A stretch of 34,331 bases of DNA from a virus (lineage: Duplodnaviria > Caudoviricetes): positions 1-34,331 of the IMG/VR virus record IMGVR_UViG_3300020045_001687; one strand, 5' to 3'. The translations under genes and the position numbers were made by a program. The first letter of the stretch is position 1. Every line of letters starts with the position of its first letter. This document shows, piece by piece, positions 25,417-34,331 of the stretch. The notes under the pieces were generated by a model, which was given only the letters and a program-made list of their open reading frames with translations, was not told the DNA's origin and ran no database searches.

Positions 25417-27114
25417 TTACTGCGGGGCTGCTGCTGTGATCTTGCGAAACACCGGCTTGCCAATCTTGACTGATGCCGCAACCGGCCCGATAGCGCCAAA
25501 TTGGATGCCAACACGAAAGGTGTTAGACACATCCCCTACGGCCAATGGCGCGACCAGCTTTGTTCTTAAAACACCACTGAATCCAGTGGAATCCATATCG
25601 TAGGCCGATCCAGTAGAGAACGTATTTGATGTATCGCACGAAAGGATAATTGATCGAAGATTGACACATCCCGGAGAAAGCTCTACATCGCACCACGCTT
25701 CATAGCCCTCACCAGCCACCCCGGTATAGCTGCACGTTGTCTGGAACCTTACAGCACTAGCTGCACCACTGGTTGTTCCTGCTATGTCAATTTGCTGCGC
25801 TTCTGCACCGTTGAGTGTTGCTTTCGAGCAGGTCGGTATAACCCCGGGACAATTGTTCGATACGCTCCATGAAGTAGCAACATCGCCTGTTGGAGCGCTC
25901 CCGGTACCTGCCGATTTAACTCCTGCAATACCTGTTAACTGAGGGTTGTTTGACGCTAGTAGCAAGTTGCTTCCACCAAGATACAGACCAGTAATAACAT
26001 CCGGTGTCGTGATGCTATCGAGAATCGGCGTAAGAATATTGGCCATCAATCGCACGCCAACCGCATTGGGGTGAACACCATCGGGCTGGTAGGTCGTAAG
26101 TGCTGCTGTCAAATCCCATGCCACCGCCGCATAGTCTGCAATTTTGATTCGAGTATCAAGGCTTGGTAGTGTGCGTATGCGGGTATTGAGTGCCAGCCTC
26201 GCCGTCTCCATTGCGCCTGACCAGCCTGTATCGACAACTGTGTTGTGCGGTATAACCGTGCCAACAATCACATACTTTGCACCTCCAGCAAAGTAGCCGC
26301 TGATGCAGGTCTGCAAGTCTGCAAAGATCAGGGCATCATTAATGTCGCTGTGGGCAATATCATTTGTGCCACCAAAGAAATGAACTATGTCAGGAGCTTG
26401 AGCAACAACAGCGGCGATCTGCCCAGCGTCTGCCATGTATGTCCCAGGAGAGTTTCCACGTGGGCCAATCTGTTGCCCACCGACTGCCAGGCACGCGCCG
26501 CTTGGGTAGTAAAGTTTTGCGCCCGATTGAATGTGTGCAAAATACTGAAAACTCATGGCCTGGGCGGTTTCAAACGCAGTGATCGAGTCACCCTCGTAAA
26601 CAATGCGTGACTCAAGAGCCAGCAAAACAGCAGTTGACGCGTTGATTGTTAGGCCAGTTGCTTTGTTTGCCAATCCCGTCGCCGTGCAACTAATCACCTT
26701 TGGTGTCGCGCCAAAGGCTGCAACATCGGCAGACTGAACTGTGTACGTTGCTGCGGTTGCGCCCGAGATGGCCACGCCATCACGCAGCCACTGATGGCTG
26801 GTTGCAGTCCAACCGCTGGCCAATGTCGCAGTCAATACAGAGCCAAGCGCGCCAGACCCCGTAATACTGACCACTGTTCCACCGCCAAGCTCCACCACTT
26901 CTCCACCAACCGTGGTTTCAAGCTTCCCGGTGACAGGATTAGGTCTACCCATCAACGGGACAGCCTCAAATTCAAACATGCCACTGGCCGCAAGCTGCGC
27001 GGCTTCGGCATCTGAGCGAAATTCAGATTGACCATCTTTCCAGATGGACTGCTTGCCGGTGTAGGCCAGTTCCGAGAAGTTGTCGGCGGTTCCGATGTAT
27101 TTGATTTTTGGCAT
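25417..27114 (-). CDS. Ig-like domain plus SGNH/GDSL hydrolase protein, probably virion-associated
   Basis: QWLRDGVAISGATAATYTV (Ig-like). Blocks GDSIT, GGTND and DGVHPN. Second gene downstream of the capsid gene. Confidence 0.85.
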   Translation of the reverse strand: MPKIKYIGTADNFSELAYTGKQSIWKDGQSEFRSDAEAAQLAASGMFEFEAVPLMGRPNPVTGKLETTVGGEVVELGGGTVVSITGSGALGSVLTATLASGWTATSHQWLRDGVAISGATAATYTVQSADVAAFGATPKVISCTATGLANKATGLTINASTAVLLALESRIVYEGDSITAFETAQAMSFQYFAHIQSGAKLYYPSGACLAVGGQQIGPRGNSPGTYMADAGQIAAVVAQAPDIVHFFGGTNDIAHSDINDALIFADLQTCISGYFAGGAKYVIVGTVIPHNTVVDTGWSGAMETARLALNTRIRTLPSLDTRIKIADYAAVAWDLTAALTTYQPDGVHPNAVGVRLMANILTPILDSITTPDVITGLYLGGSNLLLASNNPQLTGIAGVKSAGTGSAPTGDVATSWSVSNNCPGVIPTCSKATLNGAEAQQIDIAGTTSGAASAVRFQTTCSYTGVAGEGYEAWCDVELSPGCVNLRSIILSCDTSNTFSTGSAYDMDSTGFSGVLRTKLVAPLAVGDVSNTFRVGIQFGAIGPVAASVKIGKPVFRKITAAAPQ

Positions 27115-27159
27115 GGTCTGTCCTGAATTCGGGGTGCTTGATGCTGTGGGTTTTTACGG

Positions 27160-27378
27160 CTACACGACTAGCGGGTCTGCAGCGGGCTGGTCAGGCGCAG
27201 CCAGGTCTTGCTTGACTGAATCCACCGGGGCTTTGACTTCCTTGGCCCAGCCTTCTTCTGTCGAGACGCGGATCAGGTCCTTGTCGTCTGTCTCGATCAC
27301 TTCGCCGGCCGCATGATCTTTGATGTGGACGTTCTGATACGCCCAGCTGAAAGCCTTTTTGACTTTGAGAGTTACCAT
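27160..27378 (-). CDS. Small post-capsid protein (72 aa)
   Basis: GGAG RBS. Immediately downstream of the capsid terminator. 5' part repeated at 34268-34331. Confidence 0.75.
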   Translation of the reverse strand: MVTLKVKKAFSWAYQNVHIKDHAAGEVIETDDKDLIRVSTEEGWAKEVKAPVDSVKQDLAAPDQPAADPLVV

Positions 27379-27388
27379 TTTTTGCTCC

Positions 27389-27421
27389 AAAAAAAGCCCC
27401 TGAAATTTCTCTCAGGGGCTT
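27389..27421 (-). terminator. Rho-independent terminator after capsid allele A
   Basis: aagcccctga/tcaggggctt stem plus T7 on the minus strand. Confidence 0.88.
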
Positions 27422-27443
27422 GAGGGTTGATGTCGGCCAGGTG

Positions 27444-28694
27444 TTAGGACGCGGCGATTTTCAGCAGCTTGATGGCCTGGGTGTTGCGCAGCTTGCCACC
27501 GACGCGCTTGCGCACGTAGAACTTGACGAAGCCCGGCGAGGTGATTTCGTCACGGGTCATACGCATGCCGACGCGGTCGGCAATCAGGTAACCTTCCTTG
27601 AAGTCACCGAAGGCCAGCGGGAAGGCATTGGCGGCCACTGCCGGCATGTCTTCAGCTTCGGCAATGCCGTAACCCAGGAATGTGGCCGGCTGGCTTACCG
27701 ACAGCGACGGCTGCCACAGGTACTGATTGGTGGTGTCCTTGTACTTCCGCATGACGGCCAGCACCAGCTTGTTGGTGAGCCAGTTGGCATTGCGCCGATA
27801 CCGTGCGCGCACACCGTAAATCAGGTCATAAAACACGTCGGCGCTGGTCGGCATGGCGGCAGCTTGGCCGGAGGCGATGTACTGCAGCGTGCCAAAGGCG
27901 CGGGAGGCGTCGGCGGTCGACACCGGGGTGGGGCCAGCCAAGATGCCGGTGGGCTTTTTGGTGCCGTTGCCAGCGATAAAGGCGGCACCTTCTCCGCCGG
28001 CGATGGCTTCCACCGCGCTGTCAATCAGCCAACCTTCGACATCAAAGAAGAGGTCGTCCAACGACTCTTCCGTGGCCTGGGGCTTGGCGCTGGCCATGCC
28101 GAAGGTGGGCGCGATTTCAGCCATGTCAGGCGTGTTGGACTGGTTGCGGGTATCGCCCTCGCCAAGCCACTCAAAACCGGCGCCATTGATGTCGAACAGC
28201 TCTTTGTAATCGGAGCTGCCAACCAGGCGCACGGTAGCCAGCTGGCGGATGGGAGAAATGTCGACGGACAGCCGGGCGATGGTGCGCTCGATCACTTCGG
28301 GAAGTGCATAACCACCGGCCGAACCCGTGCTGGTGATGACCTGGGTCGACCGGGTTTCACGTGCGTCGGCGCGTTGCTTGGCTTCCAGGGCTTTGGCGGC
28401 CTGGCTGGTGCGCTGCTGAACCTCGCCGTTGCCCGGATTCCGCACCCAGTCGAAGAAGGCATTTTTGTAGGCCAGAGCTTCAGCGGATTCGCGCGACTCA
28501 CGGTCACCAGTGCCGGCCAGTACGCCCGGGCGGGCCAGCTTGGCTTCGAGCTTTTCGAGCTTGGCCTTGGCTTCAGTCATGCCGTCGATGTGCTCATCCA
28601 TGCGGGCCAGCTTGGCGTCCAGCTCGGCAGTGCCTTTGCCGGCCTTGACGGCTTCGATGCGGGCATCGTTGGTTTTCTTGTATTCATCGAACGC
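27444..28694 (-). pseudogene. 5'-truncated HK97-family major capsid protein (allele A)
   Basis: Open frame homologous to 32811-34202 but missing about the first 47 codons. About 38 substitutions in 385 aa by manual count. Confidence 0.85.
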
Positions 28695-29153
28695 GTCGAG
28701 ATCCCGTCACCGCCCAAGCACCTGGGCGTCGAGGCCCGGAAAGAATGGAAGCGCATTGCGCCGCTGCTGGAAGAGTTGGGCCTGATCAGCGGCCTGGATC
28801 GTGCCGCGCTGGCGCTTTACTGTCAGGCCGTTGGCCGCTTGTCCGAGCTGGAAATGGCATTCAACGGCAAGGTGCAGGGCCACGTTGACACTGGCATGAG
28901 CTACCCGGATGCCGTGTTTGCCGCCAGCCGCGTGGTCACCCCCAGCGGCTACGAGCAGCAAAGCGTGATCGTCAATCTGATCGCCGGCCACCGCCTGCAG
29001 GTGCACCGCCACCTGGCGCACTTTGGCCTGAGCCCATCAGCTCGCGCCCGCGTCCAGCCATCGAATTACGTGCAGCCCAGCCTGCCAGGCATTGAGCCGG
29101 CCCCGAATCAAAATGCTGCCAGCGGCTTCGCCAAGTTTTCCCTGGTCCAGTGA
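28695..29153 (+). pseudogene. terS: 5'-truncated terminase small subunit (P27-like)
   Basis: P.PPKHL...ARKEWKRIAPLL...LDRAALALYC...FGLSPSARAR directly upstream of terL. No start codon or RBS because the junction cuts it. Confidence 0.85.
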
Positions 29154-30817
29154 AGAACCACATTGACCAGGCGCACGGCTTTATGCGCGGTGTGCTGCAG
29201 GGTGATGTCCCGGCCTGCAAGTGGGTGAGGCTTACCGTCCAGCGCCAGGTAGACGACCTGGCAAGGGAGACATCAGACCAATGGCCGTGGGTATTTGACC
29301 CCGCTCGCGCTGTGCGGCCGTGCGAGTTCATCGAGCTGCTGCCGCACATCAAAGGCAAGTGGGCACGTGACCGCCGGCTGATCGATTTGGGTGCCTGGCA
29401 GTCGTTCATCTTGACCACTGTGTTTGGCTGGGTACATCGAGACACCGGCCTGCGCCGTTTTCGTGACGTGTATCTGGAGATCCCGCGCAAAAATGCCAAG
29501 TCAACCCTGTCCAGCGGCGTGGCCTTGTTCATGTTGACCGCTGACGGTGAGCCCGGCGCTGAAATCTACAGCGCCGCCACCACCAAGGATCAGGCCCGCA
29601 TCGTTTTTGATGATGCCAAGCAGATGGCCGAACGCACGCCAGACATGCGCACCTACCTGGGCTTGGCCATCCTGCAGCACAGCATCACGGTGGCCCACAC
29701 CGCCAGCAGCTTCAAGCCGCTGGCTGCGGAAGGCAGCACTCTGGACGGCTTGAACGTGCATTTCTGTGTACTGGACGAGCTGCACGCCCACAAAAGCCGG
29801 GCCGTCTATGACGTGATCGACACTGCCCGGGGTGCACGCGAGCAGTCCCTGCTTTGGAACATCACCACCGCGGGCACGGATCTGAGCGGCATCTGCTACG
29901 AGCGGCGCACCTATGCCTGCAAAGTGCTGGAGCGCGTCATTGACGACCACAGCACTTTCGGCATCATCTTTACGACCGATGAGGGAGACGACCCGTTCAT
30001 CGAATCGAGTTGGGCCAAGGCCAACCCGAATTGGCTGGTGTCGGTGCTGCGCGATGACATGGAAGCCGCCAGTCGCAATGCCGAAAACAGCGAGAGCTCG
30101 CGCAACAATTTCTTCACCAAGCGCCTGAATGTCTGGGTTAACGGTGAGTCGGCCTGGATGGACATGGTGGCCTGGTCCAAGTGCGCTGACACCAGCATGA
30201 GCCTGGGTGACTTTGCCGGTGAGAAATGCTGGATGGGCCTTGACCTGGCGCAGAAAAAAGACTTTGCCGCCCTGTGCCTGGTGTTTCAGCGCGACGACGT
30301 GTGGCATGTGTGCACACGTCTGTACTTGAATGAGTTGGCAGTTCAGGAGAGCGGCAATGCGCACCTGAGCGGATGGGCCAGGGCGGGGCATGTGATCGTG
30401 ACCGATGGCGACATCACCGACTTTGACGTGCTGGCCGAAGACATGCGCCGGTTTTGCAAGCAGTTTGACGTGCAGGAAATCGCGTTTGACCCAGCGCTGA
30501 GTATGTACTTTGCCGGCAAGCTTATCGAGGAAGGTCTGCCGCTGGTCGAGATCGCGCAACGCGCCATGTTTTTCACGCCGCCGCTGATCCAGGTCGAGAA
30601 CCTGGTGCATGAAAAAAAACTGAAGTTTGACGGTAACCCCGTTATGACGTGGATGGTCAGCAACCTGGTGGTCAAAGTCAGCAAATTCAACGAACTGCGT
30701 AGCCCAACCAAAGAACGGCCAGAAAACAAAATTGACGGACCCATGGCCATGCTGATGGCGCTGGGCCGGGCGCTGGTTGTTGAGCCAAAAGAAACCTCTT
30801 TCTGGGAAAACACTTGA
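29150..30817 (+). CDS. terL: Terminase large subunit
   Basis: Walker A IPRKNAKST, Walker B LDELH, ITTAG, GLDLA and KIDG. GTGA overlap with terS. Confidence 0.95.
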   Translation: MKNHIDQAHGFMRGVLQGDVPACKWVRLTVQRQVDDLARETSDQWPWVFDPARAVRPCEFIELLPHIKGKWARDRRLIDLGAWQSFILTTVFGWVHRDTGLRRFRDVYLEIPRKNAKSTLSSGVALFMLTADGEPGAEIYSAATTKDQARIVFDDAKQMAERTPDMRTYLGLAILQHSITVAHTASSFKPLAAEGSTLDGLNVHFCVLDELHAHKSRAVYDVIDTARGAREQSLLWNITTAGTDLSGICYERRTYACKVLERVIDDHSTFGIIFTTDEGDDPFIESSWAKANPNWLVSVLRDDMEAASRNAENSESSRNNFFTKRLNVWVNGESAWMDMVAWSKCADTSMSLGDFAGEKCWMGLDLAQKKDFAALCLVFQRDDVWHVCTRLYLNELAVQESGNAHLSGWARAGHVIVTDGDITDFDVLAEDMRRFCKQFDVQEIAFDPALSMYFAGKLIEEGLPLVEIAQRAMFFTPPLIQVENLVHEKKLKFDGNPVMTWMVSNLVVKVSKFNELRSPTKERPENKIDGPMAMLMALGRALVVEPKETSFWENT

Positions 30818-32046
30818 AACTTTTTGATCGACTGTTTGGCCGCAAGTCCACCCAGCTCACCTACGACCAAATTGCCGATCTGATTGACGGTAACGGCGGG
30901 CGCATGGTGGCCGGGGTGTATGTCACCCCAAAGACCGCCCTGCAAACTTCCACCGTGCTGGCCTGCGTCAAGGTCATCAGCGAAGGCTGCGCCACGCCCC
31001 GCCTGCAGGTCTATCGCGACCTCAAAGATGGCCGCCGCGAGCTGGCCACCAACATCCCGGAATACCGGCTGCTGTCTCGCCGCCCCAATGAGTGGCAGAC
31101 CTCGTTTGATTGGCGCCAGATGATGACGCTGCACGCCTGCTTGACAGGCTACGGCCTGTCCATCAAGGTCAAAAGCGACAACAACCGCATGCTGGAGTTC
31201 ATTCCGGTCGAGCCCGGCCAGTGGAGTGTGCGCCGCGTCAGTCGGTACGAGCTGATTTACACCTGCTGGGATGAATTCGGAAAGATCGGAGACTTCACCT
31301 CTGACCAGGTGTTTCTACTCAAGGGCATGCAGTGGGACTGGACCAAGCCGCTCAGCCCCGTCAGCCTGGCCCGCACCGCCATCGGCCTGGCTATGGCCAC
31401 CGAACAAAGCCAGGCTGCTATGCATGCCAACGGCCTGCGCCCCAGCGGCATGTATTCGGTGGACGATAAGCTGAGCCCTGAGCAGCATGAGCGCCTGGCC
31501 ACCTACCTTGAAAAGAAGGCTGGACCCTCAAAAACCGGCATCCCTTTGATCCTTGATCGTGCGGCCAAGTGGGTCAGCAACACCATGACCGGCGTCGATT
31601 CGCAGCATGTCGAGACTCGCCGCCTGCAGATCGAAGAGGTCTGCCGCAGCTGGGGTGTTTTCCCCATCATGATTGGCCACAGCGACAAGGCGGCCACCTT
31701 TGCCAGCTCTGAGGCCTTCTTTTCTGCCCACCTGATCCACACCCTGGCCCCTTGGCATACCCGCTGGACACAAGGGCTGGATGAGTTCGTGCTCGATGGA
31801 AGTGGCCCGCTGAGCGCCTGGTTTGACACCCGCTACATGCGCGCCGGATCCATCAAGGACCGTGCCGTCTACACCCGAACCATGATCGAAACCGGCGTTT
31901 TTAACGCCAATGAGGTGCGCGATGAAGAAGGAAAAGACCCACGCCCAGGGGGCGATGAATACCTCAAGCCTCTGAACATGACCACCGGATCACCTCCCAC
32001 AGGAACCCCCAATGATGACCCTGCCGACCCCAATGCAGCCGCGTGA
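30814..32046 (+). CDS. HK97-family portal protein
   Basis: ALQ.S.V.AC..VISE, RPNEWQT, NG.RPSG and NEVR..E. Follows terL. Confidence 0.93.
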   Translation: MKLFDRLFGRKSTQLTYDQIADLIDGNGGRMVAGVYVTPKTALQTSTVLACVKVISEGCATPRLQVYRDLKDGRRELATNIPEYRLLSRRPNEWQTSFDWRQMMTLHACLTGYGLSIKVKSDNNRMLEFIPVEPGQWSVRRVSRYELIYTCWDEFGKIGDFTSDQVFLLKGMQWDWTKPLSPVSLARTAIGLAMATEQSQAAMHANGLRPSGMYSVDDKLSPEQHERLATYLEKKAGPSKTGIPLILDRAAKWVSNTMTGVDSQHVETRRLQIEEVCRSWGVFPIMIGHSDKAATFASSEAFFSAHLIHTLAPWHTRWTQGLDEFVLDGSGPLSAWFDTRYMRAGSIKDRAVYTRTMIETGVFNANEVRDEEGKDPRPGGDEYLKPLNMTTGSPPTGTPNDDPADPNAAA

Positions 32047-32797
32047 CCGCAAAGACATGCCGGCGCCCGCCAAGGCCCAGCCCGCGCCTGTGCGTCTACC
32101 CCAGCACCTGGAGCGCAAAAGCCACCCGGTCGCTGCCGGCCAGCGCGAGACCCGCGCCTACGGCCTCAGCCTCAAGGCTGTGGGTGATGACGGCATCGTC
32201 GAAGGCTATGGCAGCGTCTTTGGTGTGCGCGACAACTACGACGACGTGATCGCCGCCGGCGCTTTCCTGGCATCTCTCAAGGACCACAAGGCTGCCGGCA
32301 CCATGCCCGCCATGCTCTGGCAGCACTCTTCCGATGAACCGATCGGAATCTGGACCGAAATGACGGAAGACGCCAAGGGCTTGCGCATCAAAGGCAGCCT
32401 GTGCCTCGACACCGAAAAAGGCAAAGAGGCCTATGCCTTGCTCAAGATGGGCGCCCTGAACGGCTTGTCTATCGGCTTCGTTTCGGTGCCTGGAACATCG
32501 GTCTACAAAGATGACGGTGTGCGTGTGCTGAACCAAATTGACCTGTGGGAAATTTCCCTGGTCACTTTTCCGGCCAACGAAAAAGCCCGGGTCACCAATG
32601 TCAAGTCCGCCACCGATATGGCGACCCCCAAAGATGCCGAGCGGATCCTGCGTGATGCAGGCTTCAGCAAAGCCGACGCGACGGCCCTCGTGTCGCGCGT
32701 CATGCGGATGGGAGAAGAGCGGAGTGATTCCGTCGATTCGACCGCCAAAGCCCTGACCGCAGCCAAAAAGCTGCTTGCCTCCCTCTCCACTTCCTGA
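32012..32797 (+). CDS. HK97-family prohead protease
   Basis: EGYGSVF, MLWQH, GLSIGF and EISLVTFPAN. Exact start uncertain. Confidence 0.92.
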   Translation: MMTLPTPMQPRDRKDMPAPAKAQPAPVRLPQHLERKSHPVAAGQRETRAYGLSLKAVGDDGIVEGYGSVFGVRDNYDDVIAAGAFLASLKDHKAAGTMPAMLWQHSSDEPIGIWTEMTEDAKGLRIKGSLCLDTEKGKEAYALLKMGALNGLSIGFVSVPGTSVYKDDGVRVLNQIDLWEISLVTFPANEKARVTNVKSATDMATPKDAERILRDAGFSKADATALVSRVMRMGEERSDSVDSTAKALTAAKKLLASLSTS

Positions 32798-32810
32798 AAG
32801 ATCCATCACC

Positions 32811-34202
32811 ATGAAAAAGTCCCTGACCATGCTGGCCGTTATGGCCCTGCACTTTGGCGCATTTGCCACCAAGTCTCAAGAGTTCGCTTACGAAAAGCGT
32901 GAAGACCCCACCATCAAATCCGTGGCCGATGCCCTGGACAAGATTGCCACCGCGTTCGATGAATACAAGAAAACCAACGATGCCCGCATCGAAGCCGTCA
33001 AGGCCGGCAAAGGCACTGCCGAGCTGGACGCCAAGCTGGCCCGCATGGATGAGCACATCGACGGCATGACTGAAGCCAAGTCAAAGCTCGAAAAGCTCGA
33101 AGCCAAGCTGGCCCGCCCGGGCGTGCTGGCCGGCACTGGTGACCGTGAGTCGCGCGAATCCGCTGAAGCTCTGGCCTACAAAAATGCCTTCTTCGACTGG
33201 GTGCGGAATCCTGGCGACGGTGAACGGCAGCAGCGTGCCAGCCAGGCTGCCAAGGCGCTGGAAGCCAAGCAAAAGGCCGATGCGCGCGAAACCCGGTCCA
33301 CTGCAGTGGTCACCAGCACCGGCGCGGCTGGCGGCTTTGCCCTGCCCGAAGTGATCGAGCGTGCCATTGCCCGCTTGTCGGTCGACATTTCCCCCATCCG
33401 CCAGTTGGCCACCGTGCGCACCGTCGGCAGCACCGACTACAAAGAGCTGTTTGACATCAATGGCGCCGGCTTTGAGTGGCTGGGTGAAACCGACACCCGC
33501 AACCAGACCAACACGCCTGACCTGGCCGAAGTGGCGCCTACCTTCGGAATGGCCAGCGCCAAGCCGCAGGCCTCTGAAGAGTCGCTGGATGACCTGTTTT
33601 TTGACGTCGAAGGCTGGCTGATCGACAGCGCCTCCGAAGCCATTGCGGCAGGCGAGGGCGCCGCCTTCATGTCCGGCAACGGCACCAAGAAGCCCACCGG
33701 CATCCTGGCTGGTCCCACCCCTGTGACCACGGTCGATGCCTCCCGCGCCTTTGGCACGCTGCAGTACATCGCCTCTGGCCAAGCAGCGGCCATGCCGACC
33801 AGCGCCGACATCTTTCTGGATCTGGTGTACGGTATTCGCGCCCGCTATCGCCGCAATGCCAACTGGCTCATGAACAAACTGGTTCTGTCTACCGTGCGTA
33901 AATACAAAGACACCACCGGCCAGTACCTGTGGCAGCCGTCGCTGTCTGCCAGCCAGCCCTCGACCTTTTTGGGCTACGGCATTGCCGAGGCAGAAGACAT
34001 GCCCGTGGTGGCGGCTAACGCCTTCCCGGTGGCCTTCGGCGACTTCAAAGAAGGCTACCTGATTGCCGACCGCGTTGGCATGCGCATGACCCGTGACGAA
34101 ATCACCAGCCCGGGCTATGTCAAGTTCTACGTCCGCAAGCGCACCGGTGGCAAGCTGCGCAACACCCAGGCCATCAAGCTGCTGAAAATCGCCGCGTCTT
34201 AA
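32811..34202 (+). CDS. HK97-family major capsid protein (allele B)
   Basis: Coiled-coil delta domain, GGFALP, GNGTKKPTG, YLWQP and FGDF..GY.I.DR. Confidence 0.95.
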   Translation: MKKSLTMLAVMALHFGAFATKSQEFAYEKREDPTIKSVADALDKIATAFDEYKKTNDARIEAVKAGKGTAELDAKLARMDEHIDGMTEAKSKLEKLEAKLARPGVLAGTGDRESRESAEALAYKNAFFDWVRNPGDGERQQRASQAAKALEAKQKADARETRSTAVVTSTGAAGGFALPEVIERAIARLSVDISPIRQLATVRTVGSTDYKELFDINGAGFEWLGETDTRNQTNTPDLAEVAPTFGMASAKPQASEESLDDLFFDVEGWLIDSASEAIAAGEGAAFMSGNGTKKPTGILAGPTPVTTVDASRAFGTLQYIASGQAAAMPTSADIFLDLVYGIRARYRRNANWLMNKLVLSTVRKYKDTTGQYLWQPSLSASQPSTFLGYGIAEAEDMPVVAANAFPVAFGDFKEGYLIADRVGMRMTRDEITSPGYVKFYVRKRTGGKLRNTQAIKLLKIAAS

Positions 34203-34224
34203 CGCCTGGTCGACATCAACCCTC

Positions 34225-34257
34225 AAGCCCCTGAGAGAAATTTCAGGGGCTTTTTTT
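34225..34257 (+). terminator. Rho-independent terminator after capsid allele B
   Basis: aagcccctga/tcaggggc stem plus T7. Confidence 0.88.
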
Positions 34258-34267
34258 GGAGCAAAAA

Positions 34268-34331
34268 ATGGTAACTCTCAAAGTCAAAAAGGCTTTCAGC
34301 TGGGCGTATCAGAACGTCCACATCAAAGATC
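34268..34331 (+). CDS. Small post-capsid protein (partial, runs off the window)
   Basis: Identical to the 5' end of 27160-27378. Confidence 0.75.
   Translation, partial: MVTLKVKKAFSWAYQNVHIKD

Larger units (their letters stand above)
27315..28695 (-). repeat. 1,381-bp imperfect inverted duplication of 32951-34331
   Basis: Same length. Identical for 130 bp at the junction end and 121 bp at the distal end, diverged in between. Confidence 0.95.

Noticed and set aside
27420-29153. 577-aa + strand ORF
   Set aside because: It is the antisense shadow of capsid allele A running by chance into the terS frame. Only the last ~152 aa are real coding sequence.
29501-34226. Long minus-strand ORFs (29501-30610, 30343-31134, 32096-32872, 33081-34226)
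   Set aside because: Antisense shadows of GC-rich, codon-biased head genes with no motifs.
27315-34331. Diversity-generating retroelement template/variable repeat pair
   Set aside because: Differences are not adenine-specific, many are synonymous and spread over more than 1 kb, and no reverse transcriptase is present.

Overview
The window is all phage DNA but looks like two different phage genomes joined. (1) 1 to ~25,350 is an AT-rich lytic podovirus-type arm. Its gene content recalls PA11/CW02/phiEco32/LUZ24-like phages; this is inferred from gene content, not from a search. It holds a long structured non-coding leader with two rrn-type boxA motifs, early genes and a peptide-ligase/amidotransferase cluster (class I and II GATase, COOH.NH2 ligase, amidoligase, ATP-grasp). 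Further on are a ~1.1 kb GC-rich insert, an intein-containing primase/helicase, an ECF-like sigma factor, a family A polymerase, an exonuclease and several HNH genes. It ends with thyX carrying an in-frame nuclease-like domain, a metallophosphoesterase, MazG, a class II RNR, a bidirectional terminator and phoH on the opposite strand. (2) ~25,417 to 34,331 is a GC-rich HK97-type head module (terS fragment, terL, portal, prohead protease, major capsid). It is flanked by a 1,381-bp imperfect inverted duplication carrying a second, ~90% identical, 5'-truncated capsid allele, followed by an Ig-like/SGNH-hydrolase gene. Both window ends lie in inverted repeats and terS is cut at the inversion junction, so assembly or amplification chimerism is a serious alternative for the large-scale architecture. 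Best candidates for new biology: the non-intein nuclease-domain insertion in ThyX, the boxA-punctuated structured leader RNA, and (if real) the two-allele capsid arrangement. No tRNA, rRNA or CRISPR array was seen.
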